Source: Candidatus Binatia bacterium
Lineage (GTDB): Bacteria > Desulfobacterota > Binatia > Bin18
DNA: 64,000 bases
Reading direction: 5' to 3'
Assembly: GCA_963666315.2 (NCBI GenBank)
Contig: CAXXHG010000039.1
Coordinates: 64,001 to 128,000, forward strand
Positions 30,454 to 42,114 of this stretch are shown here, in pieces. The first letter of the stretch is position 1. Every line of letters starts with the position of its first letter. The notes beneath the pieces are model-generated. The model saw nothing but the letters and a program-made list of their open reading frames with translations. It had not been told where the DNA came from and did no database searches. The position numbers were made by a program, and so were the translations under genes.

Positions 30454-31421
30454 TCGGAGCGGGACTGCCGGACTACATCATCGGTTGGGGGCAAAGGATG
30501 ACGCAAGCCAGCGAGAAATCCCACCGTCCAGACAGTATAGCCTGGTATGAGAATGGGTAACAGAAGTGCGTACAGAACAAAAGACTGGAGGTGTGAAAGG
30601 AGGAGGCGGTGCGCGGTGCGTAGACTACGAATGAACGGCAGGCTGCAGGCTAGCCACGGATAGTCTTGGAACATCTGGCCGCGCAGGGGGACGATGCGGT
30701 GTGCAACCGCTGACCCAAACCCCAAGCGTCGCTGATGATGCAGGAAAGCGAGCAAGCCGGTCCGGTTCTGATGTGTGACCGTAATGTGAGGATCAAAGAG
30801 TATACGCTGTTTCTGCTGAGTAAGAAGAAAGTTAAATACCAGATCCTCAGCGCCAGGCGGCAGAGGACGAAATGGCCCGACCACGTCAAACACCTCTCGA
30901 CGAAAGCAAATATTACAGTGAGGAATCATCCCTACCAGGCGTGGCTGACCGAGAGGGAAGAACTCGTTGAATTCAATCAGATATGTGGCTGTCCCGACCA
31001 TGCTGCGCGGCGTTCCATTCGCAATTGCTCCGCCGACGGCGGCATAGTCTCCTGCCTGATGATGGGCGAGTAACCGTTTGAGCCAGTCTGCTGGGACCAC
31101 ACAATCTTGATCCGTAATGGCAATATACGCGGCTTGGGTATGTTGAATACCGATATTACGCGCGATCGACTGATGCGTTTGTTGCGCAAGTGGAACGACG
31201 GTTACCGTCGGGAAGTCGCGTTGAACGCGCTCGGCTGTGCCATCGGCAGAGCTATCAACAACAATAATCTCAAAGGCAGCGATCCCTTCTTGCTGTAAGA
31301 GTGCAGTCAGACAGTGATCAAGCAGTGGTCCTGGTTTAAATGCGGCAATGACCACGGCAACGTCTGGAGGCATACCTTTGCTCATGGTGGAGGTGGTGCT
31401 CGAAGATTGTTCCTGTGGCAT
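30450..31421 (-). CDS. Glycosyltransferase family 2
   Basis: ARNIG, TDQDC and AED. Confidence 0.85.
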   Translation of the reverse strand: MPQEQSSSTTSTMSKGMPPDVAVVIAAFKPGPLLDHCLTALLQQEGIAAFEIIVVDSSADGTAERVQRDFPTVTVVPLAQQTHQSIARNIGIQHTQAAYIAITDQDCVVPADWLKRLLAHHQAGDYAAVGGAIANGTPRSMVGTATYLIEFNEFFPLGQPRLVGMIPHCNICFRREVFDVVGPFRPLPPGAEDLVFNFLLTQQKQRILFDPHITVTHQNRTGLLAFLHHQRRLGFGSAVAHRIVPLRGQMFQDYPWLACSLPFIRSLRTAHRLLLSHLQSFVLYALLLPILIPGYTVWTVGFLAGLRHPLPPTDDVVRQSRSD

Positions 31422-31555
31422 TTCTTCCTCAGATCAGTCTCAATAGCAGTATGAAGAGAACGGTTCAAACCCTATACCTGCGTATTATCTAGTGCGAACA
31501 AGAGGGGTGTGGTAGAGAGGACAAGCTACTGCCGGCTTGCAGTCATAGGCGAAAT

Positions 31556-33464
31556 ATGCCGGACGATAAAAGACGCACGATGCAACGGCGCAGTCCGGTT
31601 CTCTCCCGGAAATCAATCGCCTTTGGACTCGAAAGGATGTTTGGCTGGCGGCTGTCGGCTTTCTATCAACACTGCCGTGTGTATGTGCGCCGTTGGCGCT
31701 CAAGACTTGCCCCTTATATTCGACCCTGGCTGGAACAACTGCGCCGTGATCCGTACCGTGTATGGGTGGGTGAGACGGACCGCCCGCAGGCTCAAATTGG
31801 GTCGTCCGGTTTCGATGCGATACCGTCTCAGCCTGTCCTGTCCATTGTATTGTTTGTCCAGGATCCAAACCGCAAATGGTTAAACGAGACGATCACCTCT
31901 ATTATACGCCAATCATCTCCCGACTGGGAGCTCTGGTTATGCCCAATCGGGGATGCGCAAACAACGCGTGCCGCCTGTGAACAGTACATGGCCCAAGATC
32001 CAGAGATCCAAAAGGATCCGCAGATTCAAAAAGATCCACGGATACATATTGGGCCACTTTTTTCTGCCCCAAATCGGGCCTTGGCATTTAACGCGGCTTT
32101 CCCTCAGGCGCGTGGAGTATTCATCGGGTTCCTCGGCCAGCACGACCAGCTCGCTGCTGATGCGTGTGCCCAAGTCCTGCATTATTTCGACGCAGACGAC
32201 TATGCACTGATCTACACGGACGAAGATAGGCTAGATGCGCGGGGACAGCGATATCGACCTTTTTTTAAACCGGACTGGTCGCCCGACCTATGTCTCTCAA
32301 GTGTGTATGCGTGCCGCTTTGTTGTCTATCGCCGAAATCTTGTCGAGCAGGCCGGCGGTGTTCGCCGGCCTGGAGGTATGCATGCAGACGGCTGTGTGGC
32401 CTATGATCTTCTCTTGCGCTGTGTAGAACAGTCCTCGCGGGTCGGGCATATCGCGCAGGTGTTGTATCACCAGCGAGACGAGGGAGAAGGAGAGACACGT
32501 TTGCGGCACGCCCGGGCCAAACGGACGCTCGAAGCCGCCTTGAACCGCAGGGAAGAAGACGCCAGCGTTGAGGACGGCCCGCTCCTGTCTACGTTCCGTG
32601 TCCGCCGCCGGCTCTCCTGCTCTCCACTGGTGAGTATTATTATTCCGACCCGCGACCAGGTCGGATTCCTGCGTCGCTGTGTGCAGAGTATTGAATCGAG
32701 AACAACCTATCCAACGTATGAAATCCTCATCGTTGATAATGGCAGCCAAGTACAAGAAACTCTGGCCTATCTTGCTACGCTGCCGCACGACGTCATGCGC
32801 GACGATATGAGTGATGCGCCGTTTAACTTTGCTCGTGTGTGTAATCAAGCGGCGATCCAAGCACGTGGGGAGCAACTGCTTTTTCTCAACAACGATATGG
32901 AGGTGATTACCCCAGAGTGGTTGGAAGCACTCCTGGAGCACGCCCAACGTCCGGAGGTCGGCGCGGTCGGGGCGCAGCTTTTATATGCAGATCTGACCTT
33001 GCAGCATGCCGGTGTTGTGCTTGGGGTCAGAGATATTGCGAGCCATGCGCATAAATATCAACCGCTCTCACAGCTGGGTTACCAGGCTTTTCCGCATCTT
33101 ATTCGTAACTATAGTGCGGTGACTGCTGCCTGTCTGATGCTGCGAAAAGCGGTATACGAAGAGGTTGGCGGCATGAACGAGGACTTAGCCGTCACCTTTA
33201 ATGACGTGGACCTGTGTTTGCGATTGCAGCAGCAGGGCTACCGCATCGTGTATACCCCGTATGCCAAGCTGTATCACTATGAGTCCAAGAGTCGCTGGTA
33301 CCAGCCGCCGCGGTCAGAGGAAGTTCAGTATATGCGTGACCACTGGGGGGGCAGTAATCGCGAACGACCCGTATTATAACCCGCATCTGACACGAGAGCG
33401 GGAAGATTTTGGTTTTGATATCAACCGGGCGCGGGCGTGGACGAGGAACCGAGAAAAAGCGTAG
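31556..33464 (+). pseudogene. Double-domain GT2 (O-antigen type); C-terminal frameshift in a G run near 33350
   Basis: FKPDWSPD, LNND, SAVTAAC and NDVDLCL; the tail NDPYYNPHL is in another frame. Confidence 0.8.
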
Positions 33465-33530
33465 GGGCACGACGTTCCGTGATGTGTGTACCGTGATTTG
33501 CGCGCCGCAATTTTTGCGCCCTGCCCCGAC
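33461..33530. repeat. GTAG-type REP-like palindrome
   Basis: GTAGGGGCA...TGCCCCGAC between convergent genes. Confidence 0.5.
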
Positions 33531-33547
33531 CCTGATGTGGCGTGTTG

Positions 33548-34714
33548 TTACTCGCCTAATTTATACACCTCGGCCACGTTTGCGCCGATGACCTGCTGTC
33601 GCGCGGTTTCGGACAGCGGAGCCACGAGCCGCTTCAGGGCTGGAATATACTGGTCGCTATGATCGGGATGCGGGAAGTCTGACGCCCAGAAAAACTTGTC
33701 GGATCCGACAAATTCGATCAGTTTCTGGAATGCTTTCTCATCCGGGTCAGCCGAGATCCAACACTGGCGCTTAAAGTAGGTGCTGGGTTTCTCTTTGAGT
33801 TGCGTCGAGTGTGCAAGCGGGCCATCAAAAACAGCATCCATCCGGTCGAGCAGATAGCCGATCCAACCCGCCTGGGATTCGAGCACAACGACTTTGACCC
33901 GTGGAAATCGCTCAAACACGCCGTAGTGGAACAGTGAGACAAAGGCCTGCTGCATACTCTGGGCGACGAGTACGTCAAGATACCAACTAAAGTCAATCGG
34001 TTCAGTTGGGACGAGGTCGTCAAAGCGGGTAAGATGCGTAAACCTGATGGGCTCAAAGGTGGGGTGGATGGCAATGGGCACATCGAGGTCCTGGGCAGTC
34101 GCCCAGACTGCATCATAGTCCGGGTGCCCGTGCGATTTTCTCGTCCAGGTAAAGGGAGCAAAGAAGGCGCCTTTGCAGCCGTCTTTGACCGCCCGTTCAA
34201 GTTCTTTGGTCGCTTCAGCCGGATCCGTACCCGACAGATGGGCGATAGGCACGAGACGTCCACCAGACCCTGAGCAGAAGTCGACAATCCAGCGGTTATA
34301 GGCGCGGCAATAGGCGGCGGAGATTTCCGGATCTTCGATCTCACATTCCCATAACAAGCCTATCGTGGGGTAGAGGATGGCCTTGACCAGACCTTCTGCC
34401 TCGATCCGCTCCAGACGCTCTTTCGGGTCCATCGAGCCAAACGGGGCTCCAGCCAGAAACGGGCGCTCCGGACTGGGGAGGATGTCCCGCTGTCCCATCG
34501 CCCCAAGAATTCCAGGAAAGCCTTTCGGGCTTAGCCGTGACGGCTTGCCGTCAAATTCAAAATATTCCCAGCCTTCGTCGTCTTTTTTAATTCGAATAGC
34601 CCGGTCGCGGTATTGCGGCTCAAGATATTTCTCCCACAAATCGGGGGGCTCTAAGATGTGGCCATCTCAATCAATTGCGCCCTCAAGACTGACTTCCCCG
34701 TTACCTGCTGACAT
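33548..34714 (-). pseudogene. Amidohydrolase_2 family with in-frame TGA at 34667-34669
   Basis: MSAG...AID*DGHILEPPDLW...WASDFPHPD. Confidence 0.8.
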
Positions 34715-34937
34715 AGCGGCCTCCTTCTCTGTTTCCTGTCTGTATAGTCTATTTCCCCATACCCGCAATCAGAGAGAAATGCCAGTCTTTTTCTTAAGGA
34801 CTTAACCCTCGGGTCTCTCTACATCTTTTCCATAAGCGATACCATCGATACGGTATTGATGCTGGTGGCGGCGCGGAACCTCCCTTTCCTTCACGTTCCA
34901 GACAGGGGCCGAGATTGTGGTAGCTAACTTATAATTT

Positions 34938-35587
34938 ATGCTGCAGTCCTTGACCCGTAACCAATTCTTTATGCTCTCAGGGCTGCTTGTACTCATCCTC
35001 GACGTTGTCTTGACGTGTATATGGATGAATGGTGCTTTGCCTACCGACTCGAATGGCGACTTCTTTCAAACCCTCTCCCTGAGCCTCTTTTTTTTACGCT
35101 TGTGACCGGTGGATTCTTACTGACCCGGTATCGTCTCCCTCGGAGCTATTGGATAATCCCGATCTTCGCCCTTATCGCGGCTATAGAAGAATCGGCATGG
35201 ATCAACATGGTCTTTGGACGGCCGCTGGTCGTGTTGGGTGAGGAACACTATAATCTGCATGACTTCTTCGGCACGGCGTATCTTCTCCTAAAGGAGGCTG
35301 AGCTCGGGTGGGGAAGTGCAGTTGTTGGTGGTGGAGTGCTCTTTGGCGCTGGAGCGTTCTTTTTTCACAGTCTGGAATCCTTTTTCGTGTACCGTCGGCC
35401 GCTGCTTATCGCGGGTCTGGCTGTCGGGTTTCTGGTGCTGGCTCAGGTGAGTGATGCGGTTACGAAGATGGGAGGGTATAAGAAAACAGGCCAGAGCCCG
35501 ATCAGTATGATTGTGGAAGAACTGCTTGAAAACAATGCAGCGTTGCTCTTTTTGCTGGCAGCAGTGGCATTGCACTATGAGAAATGA
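34938..35587 (+). pseudogene. Multi-pass membrane protein, probable 5' frameshift
   Basis: IEESAW...NLHD and EELLE motifs; hydrophobic helices. Confidence 0.5.
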
Positions 35588-35695
35588 CGGGATTGAAGCA
35601 GAGTTTCCCTCTTGCCAACGTGAAGGACTAGGCGCTCTAGTTCTTCAGCAGCGGAACTGGTAAGGAAAGCAGCACTGACAGAAGGAGATCGTATT

Positions 35696-35878
35696 ATGCT
35701 GGGTACTTTAATCGGATTTGGAATGGGCGTGGCCATATTCGTCGGGGCGTGGTCCGCTTCGAGTTTTGGCGAGGGCCATGTTTCAACAGGGGCAATAACT
35801 TTAGGCGTGTTAGGCGCGATCAGTGTGACCGTGCTGGTTTCGGTGCTCGCCAGGCTCGAGCACCCAGGGCCGGAGTAA
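35696..35878 (+). CDS. Small two-TM membrane protein
   Basis: 60 aa, AAGGAG RBS. Confidence 0.4.
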   Translation: MLGTLIGFGMGVAIFVGAWSASSFGEGHVSTGAITLGVLGAISVTVLVSVLARLEHPGPE

Positions 35879-36013
35879 GAACCCAAGAGGCTCGTTTTTC
35901 GATATTCTTTTCGCGGCCGGCCGTGCTCTAAAACCGTCGGCCACACAGGCTACTTCGAGACTGAGAAGAGAATTCTTGTCCCCCCAGACGGGCGAACGGG
36001 AGGGACAAGCTCA

Positions 36014-36346
36014 TTAAAACAGGGTGCCTGTACACCTCGCCGTTGCTCCGATAGCACTCTCCCGTGCATTGAGCACGTCACAAAGGCCGTTGCCGTCTGC
36101 ATCTGCGGCTACAGCAGAGCAGTCAGACCCTGGGGGGAATACATTCGCAGAATCACAAATTGGTAGCCGGCAGTCGCCGTTGCCCAGAAAGTTTTCTAGT
36201 ACGTTTGCCGCTATGTTGAGCGCTTCGCCGTTATGACAAACTTGCAGCCCACCGAGGGGTACATGCGCCTTGGCCCACACGAGGTCTGACCCTGGCAGCG
36301 TGAGTAGGAAGGCTCCGACAATAGATAATATGAGCATTCGTTTCAT
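36014..36346 (-). CDS. Small secreted Cys-rich protein
   Basis: Signal peptide MKRMLILSIVG..VWA; 6 Cys; DADGNG motif. Confidence 0.6.
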   Translation of the reverse strand: MKRMLILSIVGAFLLTLPGSDLVWAKAHVPLGGLQVCHNGEALNIAANVLENFLGNGDCRLPICDSANVFPPGSDCSAVAADADGNGLCDVLNARESAIGATARCTGTLF

Positions 36347-36550
36347 ACATATTTTCCTTAGATAGACTAATACAGATAAGACTCGCATCGATCGGGTCGC
36401 CCGTTTTTTTCTAGGTTAGGCCATGAGCATGAATATCTCCAATGCTCCGCAGAGAGGGTTTTTCGTACTCCCCTAGGAGTAGAGGACGCCTCTATTTTGC
36501 ACTGACTCGCTGCAAGCCACACATGGAATGAACATGCCAGCCGAGCGACA

Positions 36551-37033
36551 TCAGTAGACCGGATACTCTTCTAGAAGGGGCGCCTCGAAGCCTAGCCCAG
36601 GCTCAGCTTTTGGAATCGACTGTTGAGAGGTCTCACTTGTAAGATAATTCCGTAATAGCGGTGATACGCGTTGTAACCCGGCTCTCGTCGCCGTATCGAT
36701 TCGGCCGGTTTTCGGGAGATCCTGATCTCGCTGGAACCGGCTGATCTCCACGCGCGTTCTTGGCCCCATGATTCCATCCTGTGGGCCAGGGTCATAGCCC
36801 GCGTCTTCCAAAACACCCTGCACCCAGAAGACTTCGAGATTTGCCCCTTTATCAAAATTAATGGGCGGGAGGACTAGGGGCGGTGGGGGCGGAGCAGGCC
36901 GCAGGGCAGGCGGCGAAGCGGGCCGCGGAGCAGGCGGGGATGTTGCCGCACACGAGCAAAAGGTGAGTAACAGGACCCAGCTCCCGGCCCTTTTCCACAG
37001 TGCAGACGTCCACATACGGTCAACGGGTAACAT
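36551..37033 (-). CDS. Peptidoglycan-binding (PG_binding_1) lipoprotein with Pro-rich linker
   Basis: GYDPGPQDGIMGPRT...FQRDQDLPKTG. Confidence 0.75.
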   Translation of the reverse strand: MLPVDRMWTSALWKRAGSWVLLLTFCSCAATSPPAPRPASPPALRPAPPPPPLVLPPINFDKGANLEVFWVQGVLEDAGYDPGPQDGIMGPRTRVEISRFQRDQDLPKTGRIDTATRAGLQRVSPLLRNYLTSETSQQSIPKAEPGLGFEAPLLEEYPVY

Positions 37034-37157
37034 AAAGAGAGAGTCTCATCAATCAATAATTCGTGCGACAATTCGTAAGCGGCTCATGAATACTGAGAAA
37101 CTCATCTTAAAGCCGACAGTCGGAATCAAACCAGACTGTAAGCCAGCAGTCCCGCGC

Positions 37158-37577
37158 TTATTTCCTTGTTATTCTTGACCCCATCATGAGGAGAAGAGTT
37201 CCTACCAGGCCGCCGCCGTAACCAACGGACAGCGGGTACCATAGTCCCCACGCAATCAGGGCGTACCATGGTGCTGCGACAAAAGTCACAGGCGCTAGCG
37301 CAAAGCCAATCAGCAATCCCCAACCCCCAGCAACATCGTTCACAATGGCCAAGCAGATCATGAAGCCCCACAGGCCATAGACAATCCAGACGACTGCGCC
37401 GATCAGTTTGAGGATGTCCCCGGCCGTCATATCAGACAAGTGGCTGACTAGGCGGCGAATTTGGGTGTCGGCTAGGGGCTTCACGGAGATCCACAACGAC
37501 CTCAAGCTCTCCGCTACGGAATCCGCACTCGTGGTCTTATTTCTTGAACGACTACGTGGCCGGTGACTCATTGGCAT
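37158..37577 (-). CDS. Hypothetical membrane protein
   Basis: Three hydrophobic segments; start uncertain. Confidence 0.45.
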   Translation of the reverse strand: MPMSHRPRSRSRNKTTSADSVAESLRSLWISVKPLADTQIRRLVSHLSDMTAGDILKLIGAVVWIVYGLWGFMICLAIVNDVAGGWGLLIGFALAPVTFVAAPWYALIAWGLWYPLSVGYGGGLVGTLLLMMGSRITRK

Positions 37578-37870
37578 TTTCTTCCTACCTTTCTAGCCAT
37601 TCGGATAAAGTGGCTGCCCCTCGACTTGGACAAGGTGTCAAGGTGTTTTGACCAGACTCTTCCTCCACCTTTACAGAACGGGAGCGTTACGGGTGCTATG
37701 AACAGCCCGGTCAGAATTAATAAGGATGGGTGCTTTGAAGGGGGAGCGTGACATATACGTTTAGTCAGTCGGTATATGCGTCCGGTCTTTTACCGGCCTC
37801 ATTGTTGGAGTGAGAGATTTGAGAAGAAGGGTTTTTTAGCTTATTTGACTTCCGCCTTCTCCCCCTCTCT

Positions 37871-38230
37871 ACATCGGCGGACAGGTACGTTATGGGAAGG
37901 GCGCTATCGGGCCACCCTCATCGACACAAATGGTTGGCGATGCGCGCTTCTATCCGTGGTCGAGTTATCGGTGGCATGCGGAAGGGAAGGCCGGCGCGCT
38001 GATTGCGGATCAGCGTTTGTATTGAGCGTGAGGTAAGACGGCGGGGCACGCCGGCGGGCGTATCGAGACCTGTGCTTCGTTGCCATTCGGGAGGCGACGA
38101 ACAAAGGCTGGGTGTGAGGCAGTACTTGGTATAAGAAGGCCATGGCGGCCCACCTCCCTCGATGGGTGGCGCCGTTACCCAATACGCAAGGGTCGTATTC
38201 GGAAACAGACTCTTTAATCGAGTCTGACCT
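37871..38230 (+). pseudogene. REP-associated tyrosine transposase (RAYT) remnant
   Basis: HRRTGTLWEGRY, YPWSSYRWHA, IREATNKGW and terminal IESD; internal deletions and stops. Confidence 0.75.
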
Positions 38231-38239
38231 AGTCTGACC

Positions 38240-39666
38240 CTGAGGGATCCCCACGAATAGGAGTAATTTCGAGGAAGTTCATGGGGGTTCACGCGGCCCT
38301 GTTGCGAGTGGTCGCCGCCGCCTCGATCAGCGGGCACAGACAATGGGACTGACTACTCTCCAGCAACGATTCCCACGCGCCGGTGAGGTCCTGTGCAGTG
38401 AGTGTGGTCCGTCTATCGGCACTCACGATGAAGCCAATAAAAATCGTCGAGAGGACTGTCCGCCGCCTCACGGTGTTGGCTTGATATTGCCACTGTTGGC
38501 CTGTTAATTCCGTCGCTTTCCCCATCAGCCAAGCCACCATCAAGGCCAACAGCGCAATCAACAACAGGACTTGTAAACGTTCGACGTGCTGGGTCAGATG
38601 GTGTTCCAATGACAACCCAAAGCGCGTGCTCTTGAGATCGCGGAAAGCTTCTTCGATTTGCATGCGCAAGGCATACCACGCAACAACCTGCTTGGCGAAG
38701 TGAGAACATGGCGGGAGCGAGGTGGCTAAGAGCCACGGTTCTGTGGTTGAGACGGCGTATCGTCGACTGCGGGCATTCCGCGCTTTGTGCCCGAGGCGAT
38801 TCTTATGCACGCGTCCTTGGGACGGGGCGTTGTACAGCACGAGGTGGCAGGCCAGGGGGTTGCTCTGGGCCATGCAAGCTTGCCCCAGGGCTTGGGGTGT
38901 TTTGGTGGCCAGGAGGTACAGGGCTTTACAGGGAAACCAGGGCTCCTCCTCCGCTAATTGTACAAACGTCCGGTTCCTGACGCGCCCGAGCCAATCCCAG
39001 CCCAACGACTCGACTAACTTAAACCAGGGGACGCGAAAGCCGGCGTCGGAAACGATGAGGGGGGAGCAATCCGCCGCTAACATCCCCTTCAGTGTCTGCA
39101 GAAAATGGCGATGGCTCTTGGGTTTTTCTTTGGTCTGGATCGTATGCACTTTCTCATACAAGGTGACCGACCGCCCTTTCACCGCTACGGCAGCGCGCAG
39201 TAAAAAATGGCGCTTGCAGTTACCCAGGTCCGACCAATCCACCAGGATGATGGGGCGGTGGCACCTGCCGATAAGCCGGCGAACCAGCTCCGCATAAATG
39301 GCGCCACGTTCCCGGTGGAGGTGCGTGTTCGATAACAAGCGGTCCGCTCGTTTAATGCAATGCTTCTGTTTCGCCCGGCTCGCGATGGAGCGGCCTAAAG
39401 CCGTCACCGTCAAGCGTGCCCCGGACAAGGCGGCCAGCACAGTCACCTCAAGGGCCCGCCGCCGGGCTTGATGCATGGTGGAACAGGTGTCGTTGAGCAA
39501 TGTGCGTAAGACGTGTTAAGCTGGCACGGTGCGGTCTCCTCTGATCCTGATTTTGCTCCGCATTAGAGCAGATCGAGACGCACCGGACCGGTCCCCTGGA
39601 GGGATCGATTTTTTTATCCTCTTGTTTTTAGACGCTTTTTTGGTGTGATTCGTGGGGATCCCTCAG
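38240..39666 (-). mobile_element. IS4 family (IS10-like) insertion sequence, 1427 bp
   Basis: 19-bp perfect terminal IRs CTGAGGGATCCCCACGAAT; 9-bp flanking duplication AGTCTGACC. Confidence 0.93.
38289..39527 (-). CDS. IS4 family DDE transposase; TAA at codon 4 after GTG 39527, open from TTG 39500
   Basis: KHCIKRADRLL, VDWS, DAGF and YALRMQIEEAFRDLK (YREK motif). Confidence 0.9.
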
Positions 39667-39812
39667 AGTCTGACCAGTCTGACCCGACTTCTATTTACTT
39701 CCCAAAGTAATCTGCCGGACCACAGACCCTGATCACATATTCAGGACCTTTGACCAGCTCAAGGTTTCTGTACCAGTGTGAGAGTTAGGGATAAGCGAGT
39801 TCTGTTGCCCAG

Positions 39813-40103
39813 ATGGAAAAGTTCGGGGTGCTGGTTGCGCCAGTCTTATCTGTTGCCGAGACCGTCACGTATCCGCATCTGCGCGCACGTGGCGCCGTCC
39901 GGACGCTCAAAGATCCGCTGGCCGGTGAATTCGACATTCCCGGTATGCCGCTGCGGTTCTCACGTTTTCCGGAAGATCTCCCCCTCCAAGCCCCGACCCT
40001 GGGTCAGCACAATGAGGAAATCCTGACCTCGTATCTGAAGCGCTCGCCAGAAGAGCTACAGAAACTGCGCGAAGCGGGGGTGTTGGCGGAGAAAAATTCG
40101 TAG
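39813..40103 (+). pseudogene. CaiB/BaiF CoA-transferase C-terminal fragment
   Basis: PHLRARG...APTLGQHNEEIL. Confidence 0.8.
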
Positions 40104-40116
40104 ACAGGAGGCATCT

Positions 40117-40310
40117 ATGCCGACCCAAGGCAGCCAACACGTTCTCAGCGGGCTGCGCGTGCTCGACTTTATGCGCGCGCTGGCCGGGCCAACCTGCAGT
40201 CGCATCCTGGTCGAGATGGGTGCCGATGTCATCAAAGTCGAATCTGCCCCTTATGGTGATTTGGGCCGCAACGCCTCCGTCTTTCGCAGTAAGCGCAGCC
40301 TGGTTCACGT
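40117..40310 (+). pseudogene. CaiB/BaiF CoA-transferase N-terminal fragment
   Basis: LSGLRVLDF..ALAGP...MGADVIKVE. Confidence 0.8.
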
Positions 40311-40335
40311 CCAGCCCCTCTCCCCTGGATTCTCT

Positions 40336-40624
40336 AGATTCACAAACCAAGTGCAACACGAGCTGGATAAGGTGTTGTCATGGACAAGAGATACAGACAA
40401 CTTTCAGTTGAGGAGCGGTGGAAGATTGCCGGTCTTCAAGGCGCGGGGAGCTCGCTCCGGCAAGTTGCAGCAGCTGTGGATCGCGCGCCATCGACCATTG
40501 CTCGCGAGATAAAGCGGAACCAGGGCACCCAGGGGGCCTACACCCCGGCCTATGCCGATCAGCAGGCTTGCGCCCGGAGGTGGAACGGCTCGAAGCTGGA
40601 ACGCAAGAAGGAGCTGCGCGTCAA
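40336..40624 (+). mobile_element. IS30 family fragment (left end plus HTH_38 N-terminus)
   Basis: YRQLSVEER...SLRQVA..VDRAPSTIAREIKRN; truncated. Confidence 0.8.
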
Positions 40625-41884
40625 GGCCCTGGTCAAACCCGTTGTCGTACACAACCACCTCGCCGCCGTCCTCATACCAAATCTTGATCCGAAAGGTATC
40701 GTCAGCGTCCGGGTCCCGATCCTTGGCCCAGATCATAAACTTGAAGTCCTCGCCATTGGGAGCCACGGCGCCGTTGATGGTTCCTGACCCCTTGTACTGG
40801 GCATTCGTGCCATTCTGGCTGACCACCAGCCAGTCATAGGTAGAGGAATGGAAGTCGAGGTCCCCGCCTTGAAGTTGAATTCGGTGTTCCCCGTCGGAAC
40901 GTTGGCGCCCTTCTTGTACTTAGACACAAATCCAAAGTTGGCTTTGCCGGTCGTGTCGGTGGTGCACTCCGCGAAGTAACCTGCCCCCTGTGGCGAATCA
41001 ATCCAACCACCGCCAGTCACAAACCCCCCCCCGTCTGGATCAAAGACAACTGCGAACTGGAACACGGCCTCGTGTGAGTTGTCAGCCTCTGAGTTGTCAG
41101 CCTCGGCTGTTACTGTCAGCGTGACGGTATAGACTCCCGCAGCGGTATACGTATGGCTTCCAGTCACTGATCCAGAGCCTGCACTTTTTGTCAGCGTGCA
41201 ATCGATATCAGTGCCCGTGTTGCATATATCATCATCTCCCCAACCCCAGACTGCCGTGTGGGTATCGTCCGGGTTCGGATCAATGAAAGTGGCACTAAAA
41301 GCGCTCATAACAGTGTCTACTTCAACCGGGTTCTCTGGCCCGATGATCCCCTCAATCGTTGGCGCAGCCGCATCTAGGGTTACTGGTGGGTCGCCTGGGC
41401 CGAGTTCGGTCGTCTCGCCCTGGAACTCAACTACAATTGGCGCCGTGCTCCCTTGTGCATTTGTGATCTCGAGTTCGTCGTCAGCGACCGCCTCTTTGAC
41501 TATCACCGTCGAACCACTGAGGGCTGTCACAACAATCGCGCCCAAAACGATCTCGATCGCTCCCGCTAGCACTCGTGTCGTCAGGGAGCCGCAGGTGACA
41601 AGGATCGAGTCGCTGTCAGTGAGGATCATCGTTGCAGGCGGCTCAAGGTTGCACGCGGTGATACGAGCAGGCCCCGGACCGGCCCGTATCTCCATGGCGT
41701 CAATCTGTAGCCCTGTATCTGGCGCAGCGTCCACGACTGTGACAAGCAGACCATCCCGATTAAGGATGGCACCGAAGCTCATACCACCCAAGGCTTGGTC
41801 GGTGAAACGCCTGGGTGTCACTGATCGGGGGGTTCTCTTATAGCGCGACTCTCTCGGGGCTCGGTTCCCGGCAGGCCCCAACAC
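40625..41884 (-). pseudogene. PKD-domain secreted protein, frameshifted and truncated
   Basis: WGWGD...HTYTAAGVYTVTLTVT, GFVTGGGWI, ANFGFVSKY and DTFRIKIW. Confidence 0.75.
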
Positions 41885-42069
41885 GTAATCCAGCGGCTCG
41901 TCATGGTATCTGCTTGTAGAGCGTGGGTTCGCTCATGACTCACTGTATGCAGCGTACGCTCCATAATGAGGCGGCTCAAGCGAGCGGAGTGATCGAAATG
42001 ACTGGCATTTTTACACCTCCGGGATTGACAGACGAAAAAGAGGGCGGGTAAGTACTTCAACTACTTTGC

Positions 42070-42114
42070 ACGAAAGTGGCGGAAATGGCAGATGCGCAGG
42101 ATTCAGGGTCCTGT
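42070..42114 (+). pseudogene. 5'-half copy of tRNA-Leu(CAG), att-like remnant
   Basis: Near-identical to 42837-42881 up to the anticodon stem; no 3' half. Confidence 0.8.

Noticed and set aside
34667-34669. In-frame TGA in the amidohydrolase ID*DGH motif as selenocysteine or a recoded stop
   Set aside because: TAG and TAA interruptions occur in other genes too, TGA ends many normal genes here, and no SECIS was evident. A nonsense mutation is simpler.
42070-42114. Second functional tRNA or split tRNA
   Set aside because: No variable arm, T-arm or acceptor 3' strand follows, and no separate 3' half was found.
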